Shown here: one piece after another, positions 38,899 through 51,859 of the stretch
Layout of the letters: the number at the start of each line of letters is the position of its first letter
Position numbering within the stretch: position 1 is the first letter of the stretch
From: Octopus sinensis
Taxonomy: Eukaryota
Reading direction: 5' to 3'
DNA length: 64,000 bases
Assembly: GCF_006345805.1 (NCBI RefSeq)
Contig: NC_042999.1
Coordinates: 115,134,001 to 115,198,000, forward strand
Made by a program: the position numbers and the translations under genes
The notes under the pieces: model-generated
The model's input: the letters and a program-made list of their open reading frames with translations, nothing else
Database searches by the model: none
Told to the model about the DNA's origin: nothing

Positions 38899-40539
38899 GC
38901 GACAAAAGAAGCGATGCAGATATGCATTGTATACATACATTCACATATACGTATCCATACATACATGCATACAGAGAGAGAGAGTAAGTGAGAGAATGTG
39001 CGTGTGTGTGTGTATGCGTGAGGAGTTCAACGTCAAAAGAGAATGCAGTAGATTTCTTCCTTTTATTATATTTTTGTATTTGTTTCAAATTTGCGCTTTC
39101 TTGTCTTTCTTCGTTTTGTGTCACTATTAGCTTACCATAGTTCAAATCACCTAACATTAAGGCAAGTAGTTGTGGTTCGGTTTGCCCAACACGAAATTGT
39201 TCAGCTGTCGATAGCTCGCCCCGGCTGTGTATTGAAATTTGGTGAGCAGGTGGCAGCGGTTCAACCAACCCTCCTATGACTGCAACTATTCATATTAAAA
39301 AAAATTTAAATCAGCCCTCTCTCTGTCTCTATCTATCTATCTACCCACATACACTATATATATATATGTTTCTTTATTTGTTAATATCTGTATATCTGAC
39401 TCAATCTTTATTGCTTTCTTCCTCTGTCCTTCAGTCTTTGTTTAATTATCCTCTCTTTCTCTGTTTATATTTTATTTCCAATTTTGATACTCTATCTTTC
39501 TATCACTGATCTTTTCCTTTTTCTCCACACTATTTGATTTATACTGTCACTCTGTGGCCCAATCTCTCTCTTTCCCTCTCATATCTCGGTCTTTGTTGTT
39601 GCTTTTTCCCTTCATGCATTTTTCTTTTTATTTCACCCTCCCTCATCGCTGGATTAGTTTCTCAGTCCTTGTCTTTTTGTCTTTCACTCACTCCCTTTGC
39701 ATATATATATATATATATATATATACATACTTCATGTCACCTCCACCTTTTTTGTTCAACACCTCTTCCTTGTGAGTGTGCGTACACCATAGTCTCTCTC
39801 CCTCTCTTCTCCCTTTCTCTCGGCTGTCTTCTTTATATCTCGCTTTCTGGCTCCTCTCATTCATAAACTCCTACCTTCGATTATATTTGCCCTTTCACTT
39901 TCGCCAGTAGACAAAAAATAGCTTTTTTGTATTGAAAAATAAGTGAGGTGTGTGAAATAATACTTTCTGCAGCAGATTGATTTTTCGCAAGAAAAATATT
40001 ATTTAAATATTAAAATATCATTAATTATTATTATTATTATTAAAATATTATTTAAATATAAAACTTTGAAAATTAAATCTAAGACTATTTTTGCACGACT
40101 TTATACCAGGAAGTTATCAAGTTTCTGATCGATTAAGCTGGGATGATATAATTTGAGGAATATTTTGTTACTATTTCTAACCAGATAAGTGACCGCTTAG
40201 TTGCACTTTTCAGGGGCTTTGTCTGAGAGCGTATATTTGAATTTTCTCAAACTTCAGTCTCGAAATAAAGGAAACAAAAATGTAGCTATGAGACTACATG
40301 AGTATAATTCCTTTTATAATGTCAATACTGAAATATTTAAAGCCATGCATATAAAAATGTACCTACGTTTGTTGACAGAGAATTAGTAACAAGGAGAGAA
40401 GAAAGAATACAGATGTATGTACATTAATGTGTGTGTGAGCGTGTACTTTTATTCTTTTACTTGTTTCAGTCAGCCATACTGGAGCACCGCCTTAAAGGGT
40501 TTTAGTCGAACAAATCGACCCCCAGGACTTGTTCTTTGT

Positions 40540-40589
40540 AATTTATATATTTACACACACATACATATATATATTCATATACACATATA

Positions 40590-40667
<78 letters not shown>

Positions 40668-40703
40668 TATATATATATATGCGTGTGTGTGAGTGAATAT
40701 ATA

Positions 40704-40749
<46 letters not shown>

Positions 40750-40849
40750 CATATACATATGTATTCATATATATATACATGTGTGTGAATATATATATAT
40801 TCATATACATATATACATATATATTCATATATATATATATACATGTGTG

Positions 40850-40889
<40 letters not shown>

Positions 40890-41330
40890 TATACATATGT
40901 ATTCATATATATATATATGTGTGTGTGTATGTGTGAATATATATATATATTCATATACATATATCATATATATACATATATATATACATATGTATTCATA
41001 TATATATGTGTGTGTATGTGTGAATATATATATGTTCATATACATATATATGCGTGTGTGTGTGTATGTGTGTGAATATATATATATATATATATTCATA
41101 TACATATATCATATATATACATATATATATACATATGTATTCATATATATATGTGTGTGTATGTGTGAATATATATATATTCATATACATATATATGTGT
41201 GTGTGTGTGTATGTGTGTGAATATATATATATATATATATTCATATACATCTATACATATATATTCATATATATATATTTTTGTGTGTGTGTGTGTGTGT
41301 GTGTGAATATATACACACACACACACACAT
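40540..41330. repeat. Complex TA/TG minisatellite with a higher-order unit
   Basis: Repeated gtgtgaatatatatatattcatatacat motifs; ~145-bp block duplicated near 40921 and 41060. Confidence 0.85.
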
Positions 41331-41959
41331 TGGAAAAGACTGACAAACAGTTTCACTGAAATATAAAGATAGCGAGATACAAAATAAAATAGAATACAAA
41401 GAACGGGAAACAAAAAGAGACTGAAATAGATAAAGAAAGAAGTGGGGGTTGAAGTAGAGAGAGAAATAATGATTTAAAGAAGATGTGAAATAAATAAAAA
41501 GAAAGTTTGTATGGCTTAACTAGAAAACCAACTAACAAAAGAGGATAAAGATATCTATCCTACAGAATTCTGTTTTGCAATGTATACAGGTCACAGAGAT
41601 TAAAGATAATCTCGTTGTCTTCAAATATACATACTTAAAGAAAAAACGGGTGCAAATAATATTTAAGATACATTTCTATAGATATACAGAGGTATACTCC
41701 AATTAAGTGAAGGGTATGGTCGATTACATCAATCCTAGTACACGTGCTATCTTGTACTTATTTTATCAATCCCTATCGAACGGATAAGTAACTTATGACA
41801 GGTAGTGTCAGAACTTGACACACTTGTGGTTTGCACAAACACAAACATTCACACGCACGCATTCCCACTGATACACACACATTGACGAATACAGCAACGA
41901 ATTTAGGGTACAGATAGTTCACTAGAGCTTGGTTCCCAGATTTGCTCCTATTCATCATA

Positions 41960-43860
41960 ATTCATATAAGAAGAATTTAAGACCAGTATCCCATGGGTAC
42001 TATTGTATGTTTTTGGTGGATTCTGTAGCAGAACAAGGAAAGAAGTTCCAGATATGGAAGCAAAACCTGGAATCAATGGGCCTTAAAGTTAACTTAGCAC
42101 AAGCCAAATTTCTAGTTAGCAGGAAAACAGACAGGACTTTACACCCATCAAGAAAATGGCCCTACTTGATACATATGAACAGTGTAGGTATAAATACCAT
42201 ATGGTATACTCAGTGCAAGCTATAGACACAAGAGGTGTAGTTGTAGTAAAATCACAAGAAGGTTAATGGGGAAGTAGGTTTGTATGAGGAAGACATGCCA
42301 ATGCAATAAACACTAAGAAGACATTAAAACTAAAATACTCTCAAATGCTCAGGAAGTTTCCTAGAAGATAGTTTCCATTACCTATATGACCTAATTATCA
42401 ATGGAGGAGGATGTTCTGCAAGTATAGTTGCTAAAATAAGAATAGGGCATAGAAAATTCAATGAGTTAATACCACTGTTAGTAGCAAAAGGTCTCTCTCT
42501 CTCTGAGTAAAAGGCAAACTGTATGATGCTTATGTATGAATAGCAATGCTACATGGTAGTGAGAAATAAGTCCTGAATGCAGAGGTCATGTGAAGATTAG
42601 AAATGAATGAAGATAGTATGCTCTTCTGGATAAGCAACATCAATGAGCATGTATGACAAAAGGTGGACCCTAAAAGCATTATATTTATGCCTATGCATTC
42701 ACCAGGCCCTGCTCCTGTACCCAATATGTTACTGTCAAGCTTTCAGCTAACACTCATTTCTCTATCACCTAACAATGGTATTGTTCAGCTACTGTAATCT
42801 TATGATAGCAGAATCTGCACATATTTGTTCCCCTTAGTGCTGCTAGTTTCCTACTTCTTTTTCTTGAACATCTATCCAACATTCTCAATATTATCCTTTT
42901 CCATTTTAGTTTTTATTGATCATCCCTTTCATTGTCTTCAGACATCTCCTTCTCCTCTGAGTTATATCTTAGAACTGTTATTCATCACCTTCAACATCTG
43001 CTATCACTCTCAACAACCGCTCATATCTGCTATCATTTCAACAACCTCTTGTGTCTGCCATTGGTGGGATGACCCCTCTCACTATAGCTACCACTATGTA
43101 CCTTTGATCTCCATCTCTGTCCCTATACAACACTCCCTTCCTTACTCTCCCACCCTGCACACCGTCTCCTTATTTTCTGATTTATCTAAAAATTTATCAT
43201 ACTGTTGCTCTCCACCATTCCTGTTGTGCCACATATCATCACCTACTTACTGAGCTATTTAATTTACCTTCTCCCAGTACTGTTATTTACAATCAACCAT
43301 ATATCCACCCATGAACATCATTCCCTACATTAACCTCTACCTTCATCTCTAACCACCAGTCACTCTACTCTCACACTCCTGTGAATTTATTCACCCCACC
43401 ATCTAATCATCAGTTTGTATCCTTTCATGCTCACCTTCTTGTTCATTGACAGTTTGCTCTGACACCTTGTCACTAACATCTTTATCTTCTTTCTAGTTAC
43501 TCATATCCACTGCTAAATAATACAAGGTAGCCACATATTTCATCTAAAGCTGGACACCTATGCCTGTCCCTCTATCACAGTCTAGTCTCTCACAATCTGG
43601 CCTCTATTTCACCCTCACTCAGTTGAGGGGCTTCTTTTTCTTTGTCTTGTAAGTTACTTGACACTGTCAATTGTGCCAGTGTCAGGATAAAAAAATACCT
43701 AGTATACTTTGTAATGTGGTTGATGTTAGGAAGGGTATCTGGCTTTAGAAACCATACCATAACAGATACTGGAGTTTAACACAGCAAAATCCATTTTGTT
43801 GGATCCTGTCAAACTATCCAATCCATACCAGCATAAAAAACAGATGTTAAATGATGATGT
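41960..43860 (+). mobile_element. Old RTE LINE remnant: RT C-half, CT-rich 3'UTR and (GAT)n tail
   Basis: KKFQIWKQNLESMGLKVNLA matches the 23178-24002 ORF; decayed tail gttaggaagggtatc..ccataccagcat..atgatgatg. Confidence 0.75.
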
Positions 43861-46800
43861 CATCTGACACTTCTTACTTGTCATCAATGTCAAATCTCAG
43901 CTGTGCTATTCCACACTTTCCATCAATCACTAAAAGTTCAGACATCATATACCTTCAAAATTATGCAAATTTAACATATTCAAAGTTTTATGTTTCCACA
44001 ACTGATCAACACTATCCAAATAACTTCCTCTTTATTCTTTCAACATCGATTTTATTTGTTAGCTCTCTTGTCTCACTCCTCATTTCAAATAATGCTATCA
44101 GCTTTGACATTAGGATTCAATGGAGTCTGCATGTGTATGTGTGTATGTTTATACACACATGTGTGTGTTTGCACACAGACACATACATACATACATGCAT
44201 GGATGCATATAAGCAAGTGTAAAAACTAACTCTTTCTTTTTCTGAGCTGAGATTCAAAACTGAATCTAAGGATTCTTGCTTGTCTGATCTATTACTGGCC
44301 AAACAGGTGCGAAAGAAATTTCTTTGTCCTGTCAAAAAGTGTTGGATGGTTTTCTCTTCGACCTACAACCTGAGCTGGGACAGGAGGCGACCTACATAGG
44401 TAGAAATTACTTCTGTGGTATGTCTGTCCTTCTAGCTGTCATGACCATTATAAATACAGTCAGACATACGACAGGGGCAGATAGCCACAGGCGAGACAGC
44501 CAGCAAGTAACTTGCACTAGTTAGGCAGCCAACAGAGAACCACACACTCAGCATGAACAACCCAACACAGTAGCAGATGCAGAACATAAACAGACACCAC
44601 CGAATGACCAATACACACAGAGACACAAATCATGCCTGGTTCTACCTCATCACATCGACACAGTATTTCTCCTGTTTATTTTATTCTTCACCAACTCGAA
44701 GCAAGTTGGTAATGTCACGTAGTGAATTTTTTGGTGTATACAATACGTAAATACAAGTGTTGTTTATATAAATTATTAAACCACAATCCAATGCTTTCCC
44801 ATTGTTTTACTTTGGTGTTATCCACATGCCTATTTCATCTGCTACATCAGCATCTTTTGCTACACCTTTCCCACTACACATGCATGATGGCTGTCTGCTC
44901 CTTGCAGAGCTTTACCTCTTCTTGTACCTACAATTACTCTTTCCTAGCATGAGATCTTAAATTACTTTTGAGCCCTGAAATGTGTTTGAAGAGCTTATCA
45001 CATATTCAGCATTGACTCCATTTTCTGCTAGTTTATTATGAATATTCAAGTACTGTGTCATTCCTCCACATGACTTGCAGGTTTTAAAAATTTTTTGATA
45101 GACAATGCATTAAAACTAGTCATCCAGAACAAAATTTCAATAGTTCAAATATGCCTTATCCACATGGGCATGCTAGTGCAACCTCATACAGGCATAAAAT
45201 ATGCATATTTTGTGCATAAAGAGCATTTAAAGAAGGAATGAGAAGAATTTGTGGGGGATAGATACATACATACATAATTAGATAGAGAAAGAGAGAGAGA
45301 GAGAGACAGACAGATAGATAGATAGATAGATAAACAGACAGACACAGGTGAGGGGTGTGATTAAGAAGTTTGCTTCTTAACCCAATGATTATGTGTTTAT
45401 TCCCAGTGCATAATACTTTGAGCAAGTGTTTTCTCCCATAGCCCTGGGTGAACCAAAGCCTTGTAAATGGAACTGGTATATGGAAACTGAAAGAAGCAAA
45501 TTGTGTGTGTGTGTGTATATACACACATATATTATCATCATCATCATCATCATAATCTGATATCCATGTTCCATGCTGGTATGGGTTGGACAAAAATGCT
45601 CTGGTAGCAGTGTGTGTGTGTTTGTGCCTCCTTGTCTTGACATCATATGTTAGTTGTAATGAGTGTCACAGTTATAGAAGCAGTGTTGTTCATTTCCAGA
45701 ATTCAATAAAAGCAAGTCTGGCCATGGGAAAATATTGTCTTGCTTGGAAACAGGTAAGGACTAGCAAGAAGGAGGAAGGCTGTCAGGCCAGAGTAAATCT
45801 GCTGCAATAAACTTCCTCTGATCCATCCAAGCAAGGAAGAGACATTAAAATGATGATGAAGATGATGGCATACATACTTACATACATACATACACAAATA
45901 CATACATACAAGTATACATACATGCACACACACATGCACACAAACACACATCACTAAGTTTAACACCACCACATTGTGTACCTTTAGCTGAGTCAACATT
46001 CAGGCCAGGTCTCCAATCTGAGTGTAACTTCCTCCCTTGTTTCCAACAGTTTTGGCAGCTCTGAAAAAGAGTCATGGGCACTGCATTGTCTCCTAAGTGA
46101 AAAATTAAAAACACACACACACACACACAATGAGGTATCCTATGTACTGATATAAATGAATCTATATATAAATATGCAGATGCTTAGAGAGAGAAAGAGG
46201 TTAGAGACAGACAGATAGGCATGCAGATGGATGGAAGGAAGGAAGGAAGGATGGATGGCCAGACAGTCAAATACAAAAGCATACATGTAGATAGATGGCT
46301 AAGTAGCATGATAGACAGACAAAAAGATGATGTAGATAGGTAACTTACTTGCTAGCTAGATATATTAATAAACAGTTAGATAGGAAGATTAAAAGCTAAA
46401 AAAAAAAAAAAGAAAAAGAGAGAGAGAGATTAAGCCTGCTTTATAATTCCCCAAAGAACTTGATGGTGTATAACAAGATCAGTGACCTAAATTCTAGGCT
46501 GGAAACTCAAAATATTTTTAGGGCTTTCTAGTTCAAACTTTCTATGTCAGCAGTAGACAGGTCGGTCAGTCAAGTTTAATCTGTAACAGCTAGCTGAGTT
46601 TGAAAATAATACCACAGCTCAATTAACTCGCAGTGCATTAATATACCAACAACTGATCTCTACACAGTAAAATTGTACATGATAATTCATTTTTCTTCAC
46701 AGAAGCTCAAATGTTGCCAGAGAATACTAAAATCAATTGAATCATCACCTACCAGTTCACCAAGTATACTATATATATATAACTGGTTGTATTATATTAG

Positions 46801-46969
46801 TACAGTTACCTCATTTCTCCTTGTCACTGAGGAGACAACAGATAATGTTGAAGCTTTGTGTAATTCAACTTTTACATTGTGCTGAAATGAAATTTATATT
46901 GTAAAGCATTTACTCTGCAACTCTATTGTCACCTCCACTGCCTTCACATCATTTATACTGATATAATTA

Positions 46970-47860
46970 ATAATCCTTTCTACTGGAGGCACAAGGTCAC
47001 AGATTTGGGGGAGGGGACTAGTCGATTACATCGACCCTAGTGTTTCACTGGTACTTAATTTATCGACCGCAAAAGGATGAAAGGCAAAGTCAACCTCGGT
47101 GGAAATTGAACTCAGAATGTAGCAACAGGTGAAATACTGCTAAGCATTTCATCCAGCATGCTGCCGATTCTGCCAGCCTGATATAATTAATAATAGTAAT
47201 AATAATTTCTAACTTAGGTACAAGGCCAGAATTTTGAAAGAAGTAATTTAATAAAATGCATTGACTCTAGCTCTTGAGATGTGGTTAAATTTTATGGACT
47301 TCAAACAGACAAAAGTAAAGTTGACCCTCAGTAGGATTTGAAGTCAAAATATGAAGAGCTGAAAGAAATAACACACAGCATTTCTTCTAACTCTCTTAAG
47401 CACAGGACCAGCAATTCTGAGGGAAAGGGGAGCAGTTATTGCCATCAGCTCCACAACTTGGCTGGTTCATTATTTTACTTAGCCTTAAAGGATGAAAGGA
47501 AAAATTGAACTCAATGGGATTCAAACTTTGCTTTTCATTCTTTTATGGGATGGGATCAAGCGCTAGAGTTTAATGTACTGATTTAACCCTTTCTCTTAAA
47601 ATTGCAAATTTTGTGCTTAAATCAGAAACCAATAACAATAATAATTCTATCTAATTTTTGGCACAAGGCCAGTAATTTTTAGGGGAGGGTATAATTGATT
47701 ACACTTACCCCAGTGCTCAACTGGTACTTATTTTATTGAACCCAAAATGATGAAAGGCAAAGTCTATCTTGGTCATATTTCAAGTCAGAACATAAAGACA
47801 GACAAAATGCCACTAAGCTTTTTTCCTCATGTGCTAACAATTCTGACAGCTCACTGCCTT
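46970..47860. mobile_element. Cluster of decayed Meta-core SINEs, mostly minus strand
   Basis: ctggtactta..ttatcgacc..aaaggatgaaaggcaaagtc near 47050 and 47720, with weaker copies between. Confidence 0.75.
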
Positions 47861-48321
47861 ACCAACAACAATATTAATAAAAGCAGATTATTTTAATTAA
47901 AGAGAAGCTAATTTTGTGTAGTGGTTGATTACCATATGCAGCATATATTTCTTTGTAGATATTTGCAATAACAAGTCCTCCCATGCTGCATTGTTATGTA
48001 AATTTCTAAACATGGCAAGGACTTACATATAATAAAATATTAGACTTTCGCACATCAGTCACGTTTCTGCTCTCAGATAATAGAAAGTCTTATTCATATT
48101 TTAACCACAACAATTTTTTTTTTATTTTTGAAAATGTGGTAATTGAGTGCAGGTGTGAATGTGTAGAAAGAAGTTTGCTTCCCAACCATATGGCTCTGAG
48201 TTCAGTGCCACTGTATGGCACTTGGGCAAGTGTCTTCTACTATAGCCTCGATGATCTAAGCCTTGACAGTTGATTTGGTAGATGGAAACTGGAAGAAGCC
48301 TGACAGATATATATTTATACA

Positions 48322-48352
<31 letters not shown>

Positions 48353-48966
48353 CTTTGTGTTTGACACCACTGCTTGACAACCAATGTTAGTTTGTTTATG
48401 TGTCAATAACTTGGCAGTTCAGCAAAAAGAAATGATAAAATAAGTACCAGGCTTCAAAAAATAAGTACTGGAGACAATTTGTTCAGCTAAAACCCTTGAA
48501 GGTGGTGCCTCAGCATGGCCATAATCAAATGAGTGAAACAAGTAAAAGATAAAAGACTATATATATGTATTGTAAATAGCTTAAATATTTTATTTCTAAA
48601 AAGTATTATAACCCCTTCAAAGACCCAGCAGCCCCACAGTGGTTCCTTGATATTTACTGCCCCCATATAAGCTTGTAATACCCCAAAGGGGCCCTACACT
48701 TGAATTCTGAACCACTGCTTTAGGTGCATAAAACCTTAAGAATGTTATCCATGCAATTTCCCTCTTTGCCTCGAGGGCTACACAAATAGAATATCACAAT
48801 AGAGTACAAGGAAACTAAATGCACATGACATTAACATGTACGCATATAAATTTATATATACATACATACATATAAATATATATGCATTTCTATCGGGATG
48901 CAAAGGGTAGGTTCCTAGCATTTTCAGATTTATAAATTCTTGAAATATTATATATATATATATATA

Positions 48967-49252
48967 TTGTTATATTTCAGGATGTTCTTTTGTTTTGTCA
49001 AATAAACACATGCACTACATATTTGTTCTGCACTTATTTATTACTGTTCTTATTTCAGCTTATGCCCATTGTCCAGAAATCTTTCGTCACACATCTGTGA
49101 CCTCTTCAGCGGTTCTTTTCTGCCCACATGTATCCTCCTGCTCCACTTAGTCCAATAAAAACAGTAATAAATGATTGAAGAACAAATATATAATGCGTGT
49201 GTTTATTTCACACACAAAAAACAAAAAACATTGACTATCCCAAAATATAACA
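48967..49252. repeat. Fold-back element enclosing a hammerhead motif
   Basis: ttgttatattt..aaataaacacatgcactacatatttgttct..atttattactgtt is mirrored by aacagtaataaat..agaacaaatatataatgcgtgtgtttattt..aaatataacaa; flanked by TA/CA tracts. Confidence 0.75.
49073..49112 (-). ncRNA. Candidate minimal type I hammerhead ribozyme
   Basis: 5'-CCG CUGAAGA G GUCACA-GAUG-UGUGAC GAAA GAUU UC UGG-3': both core boxes, 6-bp stem II, 3-bp stem I and a UC cleavage site; stem III is minimal. Confidence 0.6.
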
Positions 49253-49418
49253 ATATCTGTTTCAACACACGATTTCACATCAGGCATCTTGCAACACACA
49301 CACATGTATATATATATATAAGTATATGTATGTATGTGTGTGTATATATGTATGTATGTGTGTGTGTGTGCATGTGTATGTGTAAGTGCATGCATGTGTA
49401 TGTGTGCATGCGGGTATG

Positions 49419-49465
<47 letters not shown>

Positions 49466-49467
<2 letters not shown>

Positions 49468-49686
49468 CATCATCATCATCATCATTTAGCGTCCGTTTTC
49501 CATGCTAGCATGGGTTGGACGGTTCTACTGGGGTCTGTGAAGCCAGAAGGCTTCATCAGGCCCAGTCAAATCTGGCAGTGTTTCTACGGCTGGATGCCCT
49601 TCCTAACGCCAACCACTCCGTGAGTGTAGTGGGTGCTTTTTACGTGCCACCCGCACTGGTGCCAGACAGAGCTGGCAAACGGCCAC
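49466..49686 (-). mobile_element. RTE 3'UTR short copy in a TA/CA microsatellite
   Basis: No differences seen from 15030-15252; the ORF track also shows identical peptides. Confidence 0.9.
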
Positions 49687-49715
49687 GTATACATATATAT
49701 AATATATATATATAT

Positions 49716-49750
<35 letters not shown>

Positions 49751-49812
49751 CATGTGTATATATACATGTGTGGGTGTGTATATATACATATATATACTTA
49801 TATATATATATA

Positions 49813-49848
<36 letters not shown>

Positions 49849-49884
49849 CTTATATATATATACATACTTATATATATATATACT

Positions 49885-49921
<37 letters not shown>

Positions 49922-50654
49922 TCTATAAATACATATAAACATCTATCTACACACACAAACGTAATACTTCCGTTATAATTAAAATAAAAGACATAATAGT
50001 GAAGTAGATTTATAAGCCTCGAATCATACTTTTAAGCCTATTACTCAAACTTTACTGCATCAGTAATTCTACAGAAACTTTCTTATGTACATCGTATAAG
50101 AGACCTGAAATTGTTTTTGACAGAGTCGACTTAGCTGAAATCTAGTGATGAATATATACACAAGCATTTTAGCAGCAGCACCCATGTGATTTTTTCAATG
50201 TTTGCGTTATTCCAACTAAACACAAGGCGACTATATATCGACATTACTCAGTTGGAAATGACTCACTTAATTCTAGCCAAAAGAAACTTTTACAAACTTG
50301 ATTAGAAATGCGATTAAAAAATAATTTATATTGCAGATGAGGTATTCTAGTAATCTCAGTAGAATGTGGTGGGTGACTAACAAACTTTGAAACGTACAGA
50401 AAAGAGTAAAAGCGCTAAAATGAAAGGAAACCTACTTATAAAACGAAAAAGAAAGAAGATAGGAAGGAAATAGTAAATACAGCAGAGATACGGAAAACGC
50501 CCAAATAGACACATTGACAATCTGGTTAGCTCAGCTATACGAGGCTACTACAGTTAGACGAGAACCCTATCTACCTATCTAGATACACACACGCATGCAC
50601 GCACACATACACGTACGCATATTATCTTTTACTTATTTCAGTCATTAAATTTTT

Positions 50655-51236
50655 TTCTGCTCTAGGCAGAAGGTCCAAAATTTTGGGGGAGGGGTCCAGT
50701 TGACTAGATCGACTCCAGTACGCAACTGATACTTAATTTATCGACGCCCGAAAGGATGGAAGGCAAAGACGACCTCGGTGGAATATGAACTCAGAACATA
50801 AAGACAGGCGAAATACCTATTTCTTTACTACCAACAAGGGGCTACACACAGAGGGGACGAACAAGGACAGACAAACGGATTAAGTCGATTATATCGACCT
50901 CAGTGCGTTACTGGTACTTATTTAATCGACCCCGAAAGGATGAAAGGCAAAGTCGACCTCGGCGGAATTTGAACTCAGAACGTAGCGGCAGACGAAATAC
51001 CTATTTCTTTACTACCCACAAGGGGCTAAACATAGAGAGGCCAAACAAGGGCAGACAAACTGATTAAGTCAATTATATCGATCCCAGTGCGTAACTGGTA
51101 CTTATTTAACCGACCCCGAAAGGATGAAAGGCAAAGTCGACCTCGGCGGAATATGAACTCAGAACGTAAATACAGACGAAATGCCGCTATAAGCATTTTG
51201 GCCGGAATGCCAACGTTTCTGCCAGCTCGCCGACTT
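50655..51236 (-). mobile_element. Trimeric Meta-core SINE
   Basis: Junctions gaaatac|ctatttc at 50816/50817 and 51000/51001 (184-bp unit); head at ~51185-51236. Confidence 0.9.
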
Positions 51237-51802
51237 AAACTGTAAATACAGTTTATTAAATACAGTTATTAAATTGCGGCCGCGGTGGGGCAGGTCCTTG
51301 AACAATTTTTAGTCGAATGAATCGCCCCCAGTACTTATTTTTCTACACCACAAAAGGTGAGACACACACAAATGTATATACGACGATGGACTTCTTACAG
51401 TGGTCGGTCCGAGGCTATAGTGGAAGACACTTGCCTAAGGTTTGTCCCGCAGTGGGATTGAACCCGGAAGCATGCGGTTGACAAGCAAACTTAGCACACA
51501 GCTACGCGTGTATACACACACATGCGTATATAATACAAATTGTGTGTGTGTGTGCACACACGCACATATGTATATTGATGTGTCTGTGTATGTATGTGTG
51601 TGTACACATTCTTTTATTTGTTTCAGTCATTTCACTGCGGTCATGCTGGAGCACCGCCTTTAGTCGAAGATATCGACCGCAGGACTTATTCTTTGTAAGC
51701 CTAATATTTATTCTATCGGACTGCTTTGCCGAATTCGGGGACGTAAACACACCAGCATCAGTTGTCAAGCGATGGTGGGTGGGTGATACAAACACACACA
51801 TA

Positions 51803-51859
<57 letters not shown>

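Noticed and set aside
38669-41413. Long ORFs rich in YI/CV/HT/YLSI repeats (also 19253-19637, 49147-49978, 51502-52098)
   Set aside because: Translations of microsatellites.
44220-44720. Possible solo LTR with TATAAATA
   Set aside because: Could not define TG...CA ends or a TSD.
46810-46881. 72-nt minus-strand exon candidate (HNVKVELHKASTLSVVSSVTRRNE) with good splice sites
   Set aside because: No partner exons or homology; the plus strand reads FLLVTEETTDN, resembling a decayed hAT DETTD motif, so probably antisense to a transposase relic. Not fully excluded.
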